A DNA stretch of 63,696 nt, counting the filler, from Sphacelaria rigidula (lineage: Eukaryota), in NCBI GenBank assembly GCA_964200075.2. It is 10 parts of 10 records of this genome, joined end to end, with 100 filler letters (N's around TTAATTAATTAA, not from the genome) between each part and the next. Parts side by side here need not be neighbours in the genome. Positions count along the whole stretch, not along the records: positions 44,660 to 50,938 come from CAXNAA020021045.1; positions 51,039 to 57,317 come from CAXNAA020021046.1; positions 57,418 to 63,696 come from CAXNAA020021047.1; 7 more parts are not named here. The stretch is one strand, 5' to 3'. The notes beneath the pieces are model-generated. The model was not told where the DNA came from. It was given only the letters and a program-made list of their open reading frames with translations, and searched no databases. The stretch's first letter is position 1. The number at the start of each line of letters is the position of its first letter. Shown in pieces: positions 49,593 to 62,595 of this stretch. Both the position numbers and the translations under genes were made by a program.

Positions 49593-50938
49593 GTGGGTGT
49601 TGACAAATGGTAGTGTTCTGCAACTAAAACTTCGAGAGGGGCGACGGATGGGGGCTCAATATTTTTGCGGGGTTTGATACGCCCAAGGCCACGACCAGCA
49701 GGCGGATATGATCGACGATATGGTTGTGCGTACTACTCTTGCGTTAGCTTTCACGGTCAACATACTCTCTCCACGGGGAAGCGCAAGTCATTATTACAAA
49801 CGTCTGTACCGAACCGTCAGTACAACGAATGATCGTTACCAGGGTGTACATAAAGTGTCAGTCCACAATATTTTTGTGCCCAACTGGCCGTTGGTGCATT
49901 TGACATTACAAGAGGAACCGAGAGGAATGTTGTGCTTTTGTGTCGTTTGGCGACAGTACGCACGAGTTTACGCGTCCGTCTGCGAGGAACAAGACAAGGC
50001 GGCACCTCAGAAGTAACCGTGGGATATTCGAGCTGTGTTGGTCCCGTCCATTATCGTGGGCGCGCTACCGCCCATACACATCGTAGCTAACTGTTTGTGC
50101 CCCACGACAAGGTTGTGTCCTGTTGGGTACGGTTTTCTGTATACCCGTGGAATTTTGCCGGGTACTACCGGTACTTACCGTACCGACTCTTCATAAGATA
50201 CCCGATGATTGCGAGTACTGTTTTCGGTGCAACCTCCATACCCTGATGTTGTTGTTGCTTCACATTAAATACCCTACCCAAGAGTTTCTGTGAGTTGTGA
50301 CAGTCCTGCGCCAAAAGAAAAAAATAAACAAATATTTCAAAACAGAATTGGAGCTCTTTTCATCCCCTCGCGCACTGCTGCAACGCCCAACCCCGGATCT
50401 AGAGGCATCGACTTGTTGATTGTCGTCTACATGAGATGTCAGCAAAAGTTTAGGGCATACAAGCGACGACAGGGCGCGGCATGACCGTGCCTCCTGCCCT
50501 GAGCATCTCTACAGTCGATACCGGAATGTGTTTTTTACAGATTGTCATCATCCACAGGCGGCGGCAGAAATGATCAATGTTTGCGAGCACTTCAGGCTCC
50601 CAGGTGGTTACGATGCGGAAGTGAGTAGGCTATCACGTCTACATGTGCATTCACTCACGGTACACGGCATCTCGGCCGCCAGGTAATCGTTTTGAGGCCA
50701 CACAGACGGTATTGCCCACAACTGGAATTTGCTTCGTTTAATTTGCTCGGGGAAAGAAAGTGGCTATGCTCCAGTACATACCGTAAGTTGCTCTGTGATC
50801 GTACAGGGGGTGAATTTCGCACAGGGGTCGTGAGAACGCACCCCTGTGCGATCAAAAACACGGTTTGAAATTATCAAGGCTCCTCTCGTGAACGATTTGT
50901 CACTTCGGGAACGTTCCGTACGGGAACCAGCCACCACG

Positions 50939-51038
50939 NNNNNNNNNNNNNNNNNNNNNNNNNNNNNNNNNNNNNNNNNNNNTTAATTAATTAANNNNNN
51001 NNNNNNNNNNNNNNNNNNNNNNNNNNNNNNNNNNNNNN
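50939..51038. other. Artificial contig linker
   Basis: N44-TTAATTAATTAA-N44. Confidence 0.97.
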
Positions 51039-51181
51039 CTGGCAATATTGGCGAGGACGAACCCAAGCGTGGGAATTCCCAGCTGCTCGTTGTGCTCGGC
51101 TTTTCCCATTTCGATTTACGTGAAGGTTTTGCCTTCCAAAACCAAGCACTTTTTCGGGGGGGGGCTATCGTAGAAAGTGTC
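51039..51181 (+). mobile_element. GAC-terminus MITE family, right half
   Basis: ..CAGCTGCTCGTTGTGCTCGGCTTTTCCCATTTCGATTTACGTGAAG..G-run-CTATCGTAGAAAGTGTC. Confidence 0.8.
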
Positions 51182-54001
51182 TTGCATGTGAATATTTTGG
51201 CGATTATCCCAATTGCACTTTGCTCGTATGTTGCGGATTTTCTCACGATCTCAACGCGCCAAATTTTATGTAAAATGTACTACACCCTGGGAAAAGAATT
51301 CTACAGTCAGTACGTACACAATGTTAAAAGTGTACCGCGCAGAGGATGACATCTTTTGCCTGCTGTGATTTGTGGAGTACTGTTTGTACTCGTACTTATA
51401 GTCTGCAACCGTACGCTACATATAGACACCAGCGGGTAGAAATTTCCACAAGGTGAATTGTCACGGGCGGATTTCGCGCCATAGCGGCTGTGTTATCATA
51501 CGGCTTCGCCCGAGATACCACAGCTACGTACAGTGGCGGAGGCGGTCTTTTACTCCTGCGTGCGCCACATGGGGTAAACAAACACTTGCTGCAACACGGG
51601 CAGCTGAACAAAATGTGACGCGGCGATATGGGGGGTCCCCAGGGGTGATATTGTGATATCCCACGTTCACGTTGGCCTCAGCAAAAGCGTCTGCGTTCAT
51701 GTTGTGTTCATAAGACAGCGTGGAATCAATGCAGCACAGGGATAGGCTAAGGATCTAACATTCTGCGGTGTGCTATGCCACCCTGCACCCTGTCGCTGTG
51801 CAGTGAGCAGGTGGTATCGCCCAAGGCGTCACTTCTGCGGTTGGTACGCAGCAGCGAACACAGACAGCAAGCAGTATATTGGTGTATTCATATACTACAG
51901 CTGTATATGTGTGTTTCAAGAGGAATGCGCACGGGGTAGGGCTCAAATCTGGAGAACCCTGAATCAACTTCGCCCCGTTCTAGCGTAAATAGACATCTTG
52001 TCAGCAGCAATCTCTTGCGATATGTGCTGTGACGGATCTCGTGCGTCACGCGACCTTTTTCACCGTGGGGCACCGCCCGTGAATCCACCGGTTGAAGCTG
52101 ACAGTGCTCACCCTCTTCCCGCGCTGACCTCCTCTCTGAGCGGAAGATACGTGAATCTGCGGAACATGACCCCAACTACTAGGAGGTACATGTCTTCCTT
52201 GCTAATGCCTCCATAACATTGAAAAGGAATAACACTGCAACGAGGCACATAGGACAAAAATAAAGCAGGAAACATGTGAAGTAGTCAGCTAGTGACTGGC
52301 CCACGGCAAACCCGTTGTTCATGTGCTATGGCACTACCACAGAGCGCCAGACCTATGCTATACAACTCGACCAAAACAGAGAACATGAAGCATGACGCTG
52401 TGCACCGGTGTTTCACGCGTCATTGACGCAAACAATTTCCGCCGACGCTTTCGAAGCGCCCTCCGTCTCACTTGATACTCCATATTCCTCTGCAATTGTC
52501 AAGTGCAGGTTACAATTGTATACTCAGATTGTATATAATGGTGTAAGCATCTTTGTTATAAACTCACATTATTGAGATTGGTATGAAGATAGCCGGTACA
52601 GTAACGGCAAACCTCGAATAAACAGGATCAACTGGCGACGAGGGCACCAGTTCCAGTTAACTCCAGTTCCAGTTTAATCGACGGTATAAACTGGTCCAGT
52701 TCACAGCCCTGAAAAATATACTTGTATCATAACTCAACGAATATATACTCACGTCTTTGCCTACTTCAACACGTGTTTGTGTATTGACGCGTAAAAGCAT
52801 CTACGTGTGAAAACTTGGCTCAGGACTCCTCAAAATTGACTGTGCATTCAATTTTTTGTACCTCAGTGCGCAATTGCGATCGCGGGTATTTTGACGCCGT
52901 AAATCACTATAACAGGGTCTACTGATGGGCGAGAACAGGGCGCCGTTTTTTGCTCAACCGGCTTTTCACGGCTCGTTTGCAAGAGTTACAGGCTGGGCCG
53001 CCTAAGAAACAGACTTTCCTTCAGCCGGTTCTAACTGACGATCTATCGCGAGTTGTGCCTACGATGACACATCGTGGTAATCTGCAAATCAACGCGCGTC
53101 TTTCACTTCACGTAGCACTGCAAGTTGACAAGTTCCCATCAAATGAAATACCGAAATATAGTCAGCCGCAAAGTGTAGAAAGTTGAGGGTGGCATGTGTC
53201 GCGGAATCAGGGAAAAAAAACGGCTGAAATCGCATTTTCGGTTAAATTCGGTTGTGCCGCGGCCGCAAAGTGATGTTGCTGCATAAGTTGGTGTTGTACA
53301 ACAATGTATGTCGTACTTGAGGCGCTCAGTTTCTGAGATGGCGCGCAGACGAGACGTTCAGCGCGCCAAGGCGTCTGGTAGTACTGTGCGAACCGGTGAG
53401 CAGTGTGTGAACACAGCTTGTAGGAAACGTCAAAATTCCGGCTGAGGTTGTTTTACAGTATTCCAAAAGCAAGTCAACCGGTTCTCCACAGAAAAGCGCG
53501 GTTGCGCTTGTCAATTTCGAGTCGTTTGCTATAAAATTTTGACACGATGTATATGAGGTATGTGCGAAGCCCCTATCGTTATCCCTTTATTTTCTTTATT
53601 TCCCCTTATGAGTCATTGATTGATTGATTGATTGTCGCACTTTGACTGACCCCCCCAGGGGTCCAGCCGTGGTGTCATGATAGACGTACGTACCCAACAA
53701 AAACGAAATTCAAACGCGCTCTGAGGAAAAACAAACAAACAGGAAACACTAGGAACAGGAAAAAAAAGGGGAAGAAAGAGGGGTCGTACATTGGTGATCG
53801 AAAATTCGGAACAATATTTCGGTACAATTTCGTCGACAGCTCACTGGAAGAAAAAGCAAGGCGCGACAATAGGGTCTTTGCAACATAGCTAATGCACATC
53901 ATTTCAATTTTTCGTGGGAAAATACTTGAAATTGAGCAGCATAGCCGCGTTTCATTTTTTCGTGGCTGGTCCATCTCTACATTGGAACCGGTCTTCGACA
54001 C

Positions 54002-54287
54002 GAACACGAGATTATGCAGCTCAATTTTTGGTCGTTTTCGATGAAAGTTTGACACGGTGTACAAGACGTATGTGCGAAGACTCCACCTTCTGCCCCCTAC
54101 ATTTTGTTTTTTGTCCCTGAGTTACCGGCGACCACACATTTCATAACATTTTTCGGAACAAAATCGTGAATAACTCCCGAAAAAAATATAGGGAGGCAGA
54201 AGATGGAGTCTTCGTACATGCGTCTTGTACATCGTGTCGGAACTTTACTGAAAAGGACACAAGATTGAGCTGCATAATCGCGTGTTC
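54002..54287. repeat. Foldback with ~105-120-bp imperfect inverted arms
   Basis: GAACACGAGATTATGCAGCTCAAT..GAAGACTCCACCTTCTGCC versus the reverse complement of 54182-54287. Related single arms at ~53510-53570 and ~62620-62735. Confidence 0.8.
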
Positions 54288-54349
54288 ACATCCCCGTCCG
54301 CGTCTTGGGCGGCCCAGCCTGTTGATCGTTTCTTGCCGGATTGCGGCGG

Positions 54350-55940
54350 GATTCATTTCTTAGGTTTGGGAGATTTCGTCCAGTTTTCGGACCCCATACA
54401 CGGAATATTGCCATCACACATCTCGGACTCTTTGACACGGAATATTGCCATCACACATCTCGGACTCTTTGCATCACCCTCCCCGAGAGGATTCTGGCGC
54501 ACTTTCCGATTTTCTTGGCTCCGAGGTTTCAAGAATGACCTCCGACCAAAGATCCAACTGGACGGGAAAAAATGTGAGCACGATGTGGAAGAACTGAAAA
54601 ATCACCACAGGTTGGTTCACGCTCATCAACATAAAAAAAATGATCCGCACGACTTCACGCCGCTTCTAGTCGTAGACTCTGAAATGTTGCACAAATTTAG
54701 CTATGGGTCATGACGCACCTTTTGAAGGCCGAGTTTTTTTATTCTTGATTTTTTTACCGTTTTCCGAGGGTCCCAGGGGTTTGGGAGAAACTTGGATCCT
54801 GTCGGACCCCCGAAAAACGGTGTCAAAGTCGAGAAGTAACAAAACGTCGTCTATCAATAGTTGCGTGATGACTCGTAACACATTTGCGCAAAGTTTCGGG
54901 GTCTAACTCCTGAAAACGGCGAGGAGTTCTGCGCGTTTGTGCCATGACGTTAGCTGGAAACTTGCAAATCCTGAGCCACTTGGTTTTGATCTGAAAACGT
55001 CTTTTTTGGGTTAATTTAACGTCAAGGGGAGAAGAATTGTAAGTACGACATTTTCGAGTTTTTCGACCAAACTTTGTACGTCTGTTCCTGTGACTACTCT
55101 GGGACGCATGTTTCAATTTTCTTCTCTCCGAGGCGTTCTCTATCGGCTTCCTGGGGTCTTCAAACTGGGACCCCCGGAAGCCGGTAGAGAACGGAGAAAG
55201 TTTGAAGCATTGTTAAGGATACATTTTTTTCCATGTGGAGCATCAGTACCTAAGGAGCTGCCAAGTTTGAGGTCGATTTGAGCTTTTGCACGACAAAAGA
55301 AGCCGTCACGACGCTCCCTGGATAGTTCGTACCGGTAGTCAGTGGAAATTAGACGCTAAAAGCCCACATCACCGAAACACTACGGTTTCGGGTAATCCGA
55401 CCCCGTAGTAACCCTTTTCGAATATGTTTTCTTCCGTAAGATTCCCGAGCTGATTGCGGTTACTACAATTTGAGACATGTAAAAATTTGGTGGAAATTGC
55501 GATTGAAGTTCGATTTTCGATTTCATAACAGTTCAAAGGGCGCTGATTGGTCGAGGTACCTTTTCGCCCTCACCGCCACCACTTTGGCCCTTCAACACAA
55601 ATCTGACTATGCTATGCTCTTCAGCTGTCCATGGCGGTCAGTATGATATCACGTATGCGACTGCTGGGTAGATATTGCGAAAGACGTTTGCTGATGACAC
55701 AATTTTGGGTGATGAGCGTGAACCAGCCTGTCTAGAATCCTGCAGACCCCGCATTTTTCAGTTCATGTACTGTTGGATATTGTTCAGAGGCTATTCTCAA
55801 AACCTCGCAGCCAAGCGAATCGGAAAAGTAAGCTAGACTCTCGAAGGTGGCATGGTGCAAAGTGTTCAAGACATGTAATAGCGATATTCCCTCTTTGCGG
55901 ACTAGAAACCGGGTCGAATGTCCCAAAACTGCAGAATCCA
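54350..55940. mobile_element. Larger element bounded by inverted arms related to the 45896-46378 family
   Basis: 54350-54580 and 55750-55940 are inverted relative to each other and both resemble the Harbinger-like arm. A short tandem duplication lies at ~54397-54471. Confidence 0.5.
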
Positions 55941-57317
55941 ACCAACAAAAAGCGTAAAAAACGGTCTTGGGGGTTGAGATGTTGAGACACAAGATACACC
56001 ATCAATACGCAGGCGCGAGTGGTACGTCTCAAGAAAAACACGAACCGAACAAAGGCGATCTAGAGCCGGTGAACGCATCAGACAAAAATTAGCACCTCCA
56101 TACTGTACCTCGACGAAAAAACAATCTTTTGGAACGTTCAATCAGGGGTTATAAGTTTACGTTCAGTGGATTCGTGTCAAATTTTTTACTCAAGATTTTT
56201 CGAAATAGGCGGCATATTTTATGTGTTGTTTACCAGTCGATTTGCGACCGCGGGTACAGAACAATGGGTTTTACATGAAATGCAAAACTGAACTAAAATG
56301 GGAAAACAAGGTCTTTTGTAACAAGACGATTTGGGACGCATACTGTACTCAATGGCATGATCAAAACCTGGCCAATCAAGCAACGGTAAAGCTTTTCAGC
56401 AGGAGACTGGGCCGCACTCCACGGCGACGTGCGTACATCCGGCCAATTCATAAATATCGAAAAAAAGTTATCGTATGCCAGAGGAATACTAGCTTTTAGG
56501 ATAGCCCAATTCGTACAGTACCGTAGATATCGACATGGTTGAACCAATATCCAGGGACTCATCACCCGGCGAGGCACCCTACCAACTGCAGGCCAGTATT
56601 CACCCCGTCGATTCTACGGAAAGCTTGTTGTGGGGGGGGGGAGTGCACCATTATTATATAGGACGAGGGGCCCCATTGCGGGAAATGGCGCACCACCGCC
56701 TATACTAACTCTAAGTAATGTAATTACCGTGAGATTAATACACGTGCGGTGCAGTGTAGAAACTACTATCGGCATCATCCAGCGATCAGGGGGTACCCCC
56801 CCCCCCCCCCCCAACAAGAAGGCTGGCACCCCAACCTCCCCCCCCCCCCCCCCCCCCGCGGACCACGGAGAACGGAGTTATGCACTGGGGGNNNNNNNNN
56901 NGGGTGACTCATGCACCGTTGGGGGAGGTCGGAACCTCATCGCGGCGTCATCCGGCCCGCGCGGCGTCCCCCCCCCCCCCCCCCAAATAGAATCGGGTCC
57001 TCCCCCCTCTCCCCCCCCCCGCCCCGTCCTTCAACCCCGAAATGAGGTTTTTGCGGCCTGGGGGGCGGTGGTGCCGCGATTTCCCGATATGGGGCCCCCT
57101 GTATAGGAGGTACCCCCAGAAGCCATAGATAATGACGACATAAAGTACTGTATCAAGGGACCCTACAACTTGAAGGCCAGTGCCCACCCCCTTAACTATG
57201 GGAAAAGCTCGTCATGGGCGAGGCCTGGGATGGGGGGGGGGGGGGGGGGGGGGATTTTAAAAATTAAACAAAGCCCCGAGGGTATCAGGCGGCCCCGACA
57301 AATATCTCAGTGTGCCA

Positions 57318-57417
57318 NNNNNNNNNNNNNNNNNNNNNNNNNNNNNNNNNNNNNNNNNNNNTTAATTAATTAANNNNNNNNNNNNNNNNNNNNNNNNNNN
57401 NNNNNNNNNNNNNNNNN
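57318..57417. other. Artificial contig linker
   Basis: N44-TTAATTAATTAA-N44. Confidence 0.97.
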
Positions 57418-58692
57418 GTGGGGGGCCGGGGGGGGCGAGGGGGGGCGGGGGGGGGGGGGGGGGGGCGGGGGGTTGCACAAAGGGCTCATGAAAAAGAAAC
57501 TGTCGTTTTGGCAATCAATTTGGACAACAACACGGAACGCGGAGGGATTTTTGAAATTACTTGAAAACGAACCACCGTGCACAAATAACAAGACAGACAG
57601 GGAGCAACTACTTTTACATCCCGTCTCTTGATTTGCAGAGTGGAGTGCGGAACGTGAGAGGAAGACTGTCTCCTCTTACCTGTTGTGCGGGCGGGCGACT
57701 ATTTGTCTTCGGGTTTTTTGCACCCACTTGTATGAGAATCAATTCAGTGAGGCCAGCTGTCGCACCTGCTGTAGTGGCTGTTTTGTTGTTTGGCTTCCCT
57801 AGCCAATAGAGTGATGAAACACAGGCAGTGTAGTAGCTGGTAGTTTCTTGCTTTGTCATGTTTCCCTGCGCGCGTGAAATGTTGACCTCTCATAGTTTTG
57901 AATTGGTCCCTCTTCACAGTTCATCAAAAGCACAACTACTGTTGTATTGCACCAACAAAAATACACCGATGCTTCCTCCAGTAGTTCCCTATCTCGGCAA
58001 ATATTTTTTTCGCCTCATCGGTGATATATTGGTCCTCTGGGTACTCCGACGCCTGGGAGCGTGCAGCGAGCCAAGATGCCTCTTGCTTGGCTCATGAGGG
58101 GACCCCACCCGCCAGAGACAGAAATCGAGCTCTTTAATATTGAACACCCAAGAGCTGCCGTCTACGCCAACAATTCAAATTTTGCCGAGAACGAGGGAGC
58201 AAATAATATGCGAGGTGCAAAGGTATCAAACATGGGCATGCGGTTTGGTGCCATTTACCAAGGGCGTTGTGCACGCTCATGGTCTCCTACTGGGCGTTAC
58301 CTGCTGTTGTTGCAGGAAGGGGCGGGTCACCCCTACCAACAACCATAATCTTGTTTTGTTTCTGTTCATTAGGTCACCCGCATTCAGATACGAGTAGTAG
58401 ACCTAGCAGGTACGTAGTAGCTCGCTTCAATACTGAGGTCGGAAGCCTTGGCTACTCGAAGACACTCAATGTAAGACTTCATCCACTTGGCACTGGCTAA
58501 TGCTAGGAACGACAGCAAACAAGAAGACCAACAAGTATATTTGTTTTTGATGACGATACCAGACAATGTGCACAGACCCGCGGTTCAAAGAAAAGTCCTG
58601 TGTCTGTGATCACGACAGTACAGTACCGGGCGCCCACCGATGTGCCCTTCTGCGGAAACAATCGAGTATAATATATAATCCAGTAATGTTTC

Positions 58693-59317
58693 GTGTGTGT
58701 GCTGTATTTTCGTCTAATCTATTCTGGACGCCGGTCTAGAGTTTTCGGTATATGTGGGCGCGCCAGCCGGGGTCACACAGGAGGAAGGCCAACAGAGGAG
58801 TTTTGTTTGTTTTATTTCTCCACTTTCCTTCTGCGGTGCTTGACTTTTATATTTTTATCGCGAGAGGGGTTCAGAGTGATGCTACGCTAGGGGTACACAA
58901 ATGTCTTCTGAGGTTAGAATTGTTAGGAGCCCTTTATCTCATCCAAAACACGACTACTTATGAAAATATGCGAGAGTACGCCAGGATTACCATTCTAATG
59001 TGCTGAAGATATTCCGAATAAATCTACAAACAAACGGGGATGCCCTGATCCACATTCTTGTGCGTCCGGAATCGTCAGAAGCCCCTGAACCAGACAAAAT
59101 TCCGCTATAAACGTTCACCCCTACCGTAGCATTGCTCTTCAGCAGTTCGTTGTTTCCCTCGTGGACCATACCGTCGAATGTTTTGTACCCACGACATAGT
59201 CGCTCTCCACTGTTGGGCATTGTGTGGGAAAACCCCCAGATCATGTGACTGCACCGAGACTCGAACCCACGATCCATAACCGTCAGAAGAATTCAAGGTT
59301 ACCAACTGAGCCACCGT
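58693..59317 (-). mobile_element. tRNA-derived SINE, near full length, interrupted by a MITE
   Basis: The minus-strand head has A box TGGCTCAGTTGG (59302-59313) and B box GGTTCGAGTC (59258-59267). The body is shared with 10600-10810 and 38281-38354, and the tail is CA-rich. Confidence 0.78.
58874..59137. mobile_element. MITE with GAG...CTC termini and 4-bp TSD (TTCA), nested in the SINE
   Basis: TTCA|GAGTGATGCTACGCTAGGGGT ... ACCCCTACCGTAGCATTGCTC|TTCA. Homologous to 14940-15196. Confidence 0.85.
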
Positions 59318-60780
59318 ACTACATACATACGACATGTATCACAAAAAAGTTGTCCTGTGGGTATTTTCGCGTGTCCCAACAGCTATTTCTATCTACCGTA
59401 GTACAACATATATATACTAGTTGTAAGTTGTATAATAATTTCAGACGGCTACCGAATGAATGGCATCATGTTTGTTTATAAAATGTAACGGACATATACG
59501 CAAACGACAGGGATAGAGAACGATGTACAGTAGTATAAACAGTGAAGATAAAGTAGCCACGTTTCTCATTCTCATGGCTTTCCTATACCGCTACTGTATA
59601 CACAATCTATCTGGCATCTCGCGGTACCCCCCCCCCCCCTCCCTCAAAACGTGGTACCCTTTCATCTGAGACCTCGCCCACAATAAACTTTACCCAACCG
59701 TGGGAGGGCAGGCTCCTGGGCTGCAGTTGGTGAGGTATCCTGCTGTAATTTTCGTACAGTACGGTCTAGTGTACTGTTTAGTATGTACAAATTGCGAATT
59801 GCAAACAAACATCAAATATCGCTGGGTTTCGCTGTTGTGGGTTTCTCTTTTGGTGCCGCGGTTTTTATTTGTTTATGATTACTTCTGCCCGAGTCATTTT
59901 CCAAATCCTCTCATTTAACAGAGACCTGCCCAGGCAAATGGTCACTGAGGTTGCTGATGCTCTCAAGAACAACCGTCACCCCATACGAAAAGACACGGCA
60001 GCAGCAACGAGGAGATACGATAGGTACTTCTCTGTTGTATTGACAGATTAACTGTATCTTCAGGTGCGCAATCGAAAAAATCACCGTCAAAGGAAGCAAC
60101 AGGCACACAGCACGCCCTCTGGTTCGTCTGTAGAACCACAGGCTGCTAGCAGCTACATCCAGTCTTTTTCGAGAGACTGTAGAAGTGGACGCTCTCTAAC
60201 TACTGTTCTGTGAAAGCTGCCCTAGCATCCAGCCGATCTTTTTCGGGGTATCAGGTGCTGGTCCCCGGCGGACTGCAAACCATTTGCGGTTGTTCAGGGC
60301 AGTCCGTCGCTGCTAAGGCTGTGTTTTCACCTTTGAAAACAAGGGGTGGGTACAGAGAGTGGGTAGACATCGTACGGACAGTACAGTAGAATACAGACGG
60401 TGGTCAAGCACAGAAAGTACTACAGTCCCGGAGGGAGTAGGTTGGAGCTACACAAGACCGGATACGGAGTGGTGCGCCACGATTTGCGAAATGCTGTAAC
60501 AGCTGAAGCAACGCTGTGACCGAGAGACGGGAGGGTGGTCCTGTGCCAGGTAAGGGTTTGTTTTTCTCAGGGAAAATGTTTGATGTGTACGTATGTATGC
60601 TGCTGAACTGCTGTCGACAGCACGGACTGCCCGATAGTACAGTAGGCAATACCACGGTTTTTGTCTTGCTCTCGGTAAGGCGGTATCGTGCTGGCTGGTT
60701 ACGGTGTGGTGGTGGTCGCCTTTGAAACCAACCACTGCATCTCCACCACTAAATGTGTACGGTGCATTTTCAAAGTATGC

Positions 60781-60861
60781 CTAAATTTTCTCGTCGTATG
60801 GATACTCCCCGATGTCTTGCTGCCCTTCCTGCGGCAATTTTGTCTGCAGGTACTTGTTGAT
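60781..60861 (-). CDS. Putative terminal exon of an unknown protein
   Basis: (INKYLQ)TKLPQEGQQDIGEYPYDEKI*; three possible in-frame AG acceptors (exon start 60861, 60852 or 60843). Confidence 0.35.
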   Translation of the reverse strand: MNKYLQTKLPQEGQQDIGEYPYDEKI

Positions 60862-60957
60862 CTCGGGGTGGGGGAGTTTTTTTTTGAGAGGCTGTGGTGA
60901 CATGTGTCGTCATATATCTCAACGTACAAAGCAATGCATCATTGTTCTGTAGTGAAG

Positions 60958-61010
60958 ACCGGTCCAGTCGAGTCCGGTCCAGTCGAGTCTGGTCCAGTCG
61001 AGTCCAGTCC
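60958..61010. repeat. Minisatellite (GGTCCAGTCGAGTCY) x3
   Basis: Read directly from the sequence. Confidence 0.85.
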
Positions 61011-61361
61011 ACGAGATGCTCACAGCGACTATTTTTGGTGTGCTGAAGCAAAAAGAGAGGTAGCGCGCACGGGGAATTCTGTGCAGTCCCTTGCTCGTGC
61101 TGTTGTATACTGACTGTGCCACGCAAGTGTACTGCACAGCCCTGTTGAGTACTCGGCGTGTGACCGCTCGTCGGCGACTGCCCACCCCTCCCCACCGTAC
61201 TGTACACTTGCAGCAAGAAACGCTGGGAGTTGAAACGAAACTGTCGTCTTGGAGGACCTTAGGCTACCGCACAATTGCATCACTCTTGTCATCGGGAACG
61301 TGAAATCTCATCCAGCGCCCAGGTTGATGTTTTCTGGTACACTGCTGTGCTGTAACCTCAC

Positions 61362-61409
61362 GGTCCGCACCCATTCCACGAGGGTATCGGTTACTTCACC
61401 CGTTTCGTC
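61362..61409 (-). CDS. Putative small internal exon
   Basis: tag|DETGEVTDTLVEWVRT|gtgagg, phase 0/0, compatible with the 60781-60861 exon. Confidence 0.3.
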
Positions 61410-62360
61410 CTACGCCCTGTCTACACTGTACTGTACGATACAAACTCACTCTTGAGTCTGGTCCGAGTGGGGAAATGAGGTTTCACCGGCGAAAATGCTT
61501 GGATATGAGAGGATGGACAAGAGTCATCCGTTGCCCCGAAAGGAGAAAGACCTTCGTGTCTATTTTATAGCATCAAAGCGAATGTTCTGGTGAAAGTCAA
61601 GGTTGGCGGGGACGCGCGAGAGAGAGCCTGTGCCCGGACTGTGCATCTGTGTTGTGTTGTCTATCTTAAAACCCATCTCGGGTACGAGCTGGGCCAACCA
61701 ACACTGGGTGGTTTTCTCGCCCAGGCGACGCACGGAGCGATATTAGGAGTTGGACGCTGAAATTTCAACTGCAGCTCATTATGATCGACACGCTGAATGT
61801 CACGTGAGCAGCGAAGAAAAAAAGAAAAAAACGAAGTTATGGGGATTTGAAATTTCAGCGAAAACAAGATAATGTCATACGTCCAGGAAAAAAATGAGAA
61901 TCTGCAGCTGCTCACGTAACGTATCATTTCCTTTGGTGCAAAAGATCTTCGTGAAATTTCAGCTCAAGTGTCGTCGAATCGGGCCGTGCGAGCAACGTTT
62001 TGCGTGACGGTGCTGCACCCCACTAATACCCAGTGCGGGGTGATTGCTAATGTGAACCCACCGCATTGAGAAAAAAACACTCCGACACGCTATCGCTTAA
62101 CGATATGCGGCGCACCCCGTACTCTATGCTATACAACAGCGTCATCGACAATACGACGCCAATCGAACAGCGACGCAGTCCTTTGTCATCAGGTGGGTCT
62201 GCACTTCACAGTGATACTCTTACATCGGGTTCATTCCGGAATCTGGGAAAGCTGTTGTGTGGGCAACTTTTAGCCGCTTTGAAGCGTGCGCAGCTCGTAC
62301 AGACAAGGGGATTGCGTCTGATCAAGTGTGACGTTTTTCATCACCTTCCAAACACAAGCC

Positions 62361-62595
62361 GACACTTTTTACCATAGCCCCCGCCCAAAACCAGCCCAAA
62401 AGTGTCACGAAAACAATGGCCATACAGCGCCTAATGTTTGGGTTCAGGCCGTGCATGAAGCGCCTCATATTGGCGACGTTGGCTAGAACGAACCCAAACG
62501 TGGCAATTCTCAGCTGCTCGTTGTGCTCGGCTTTTCCCATTTCGATTTACGTGAAGATTTTGCCTCCCAAAACCATGCACTATTTTGGGGGGGGA
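62361..62595 (+). mobile_element. GAC-terminus MITE family copy, right TIR truncated after the G-run
   Basis: GACACTTTTTACCATAGCCCCCGCCCAAAACCAGCCCAAAAGTGTCACG.. plus the shared core. Confidence 0.8.

Noticed and set aside
56575..57317. G/C-homopolymer-rich, Pro-rich ORFs and G-quadruplex-like tracts
   Set aside because: They flank a 10-N gap and a contig end, and look like error-rich copies of a repeat also seen at ~59660-59735. Poly-G/C ends on other contigs are equally suspect.
6281..57417. Regularly spaced TTAATTAATTAA read as a biological repeat or piggyBac target
   Set aside because: It is always embedded in N44 pads, so it is a six-frame-stop assembly linker.
59245..59317. Functional tRNA gene
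   Set aside because: A and B boxes are present, but there is no convincing acceptor stem and it is fused to a dispersed repeat body, so it is a SINE head.
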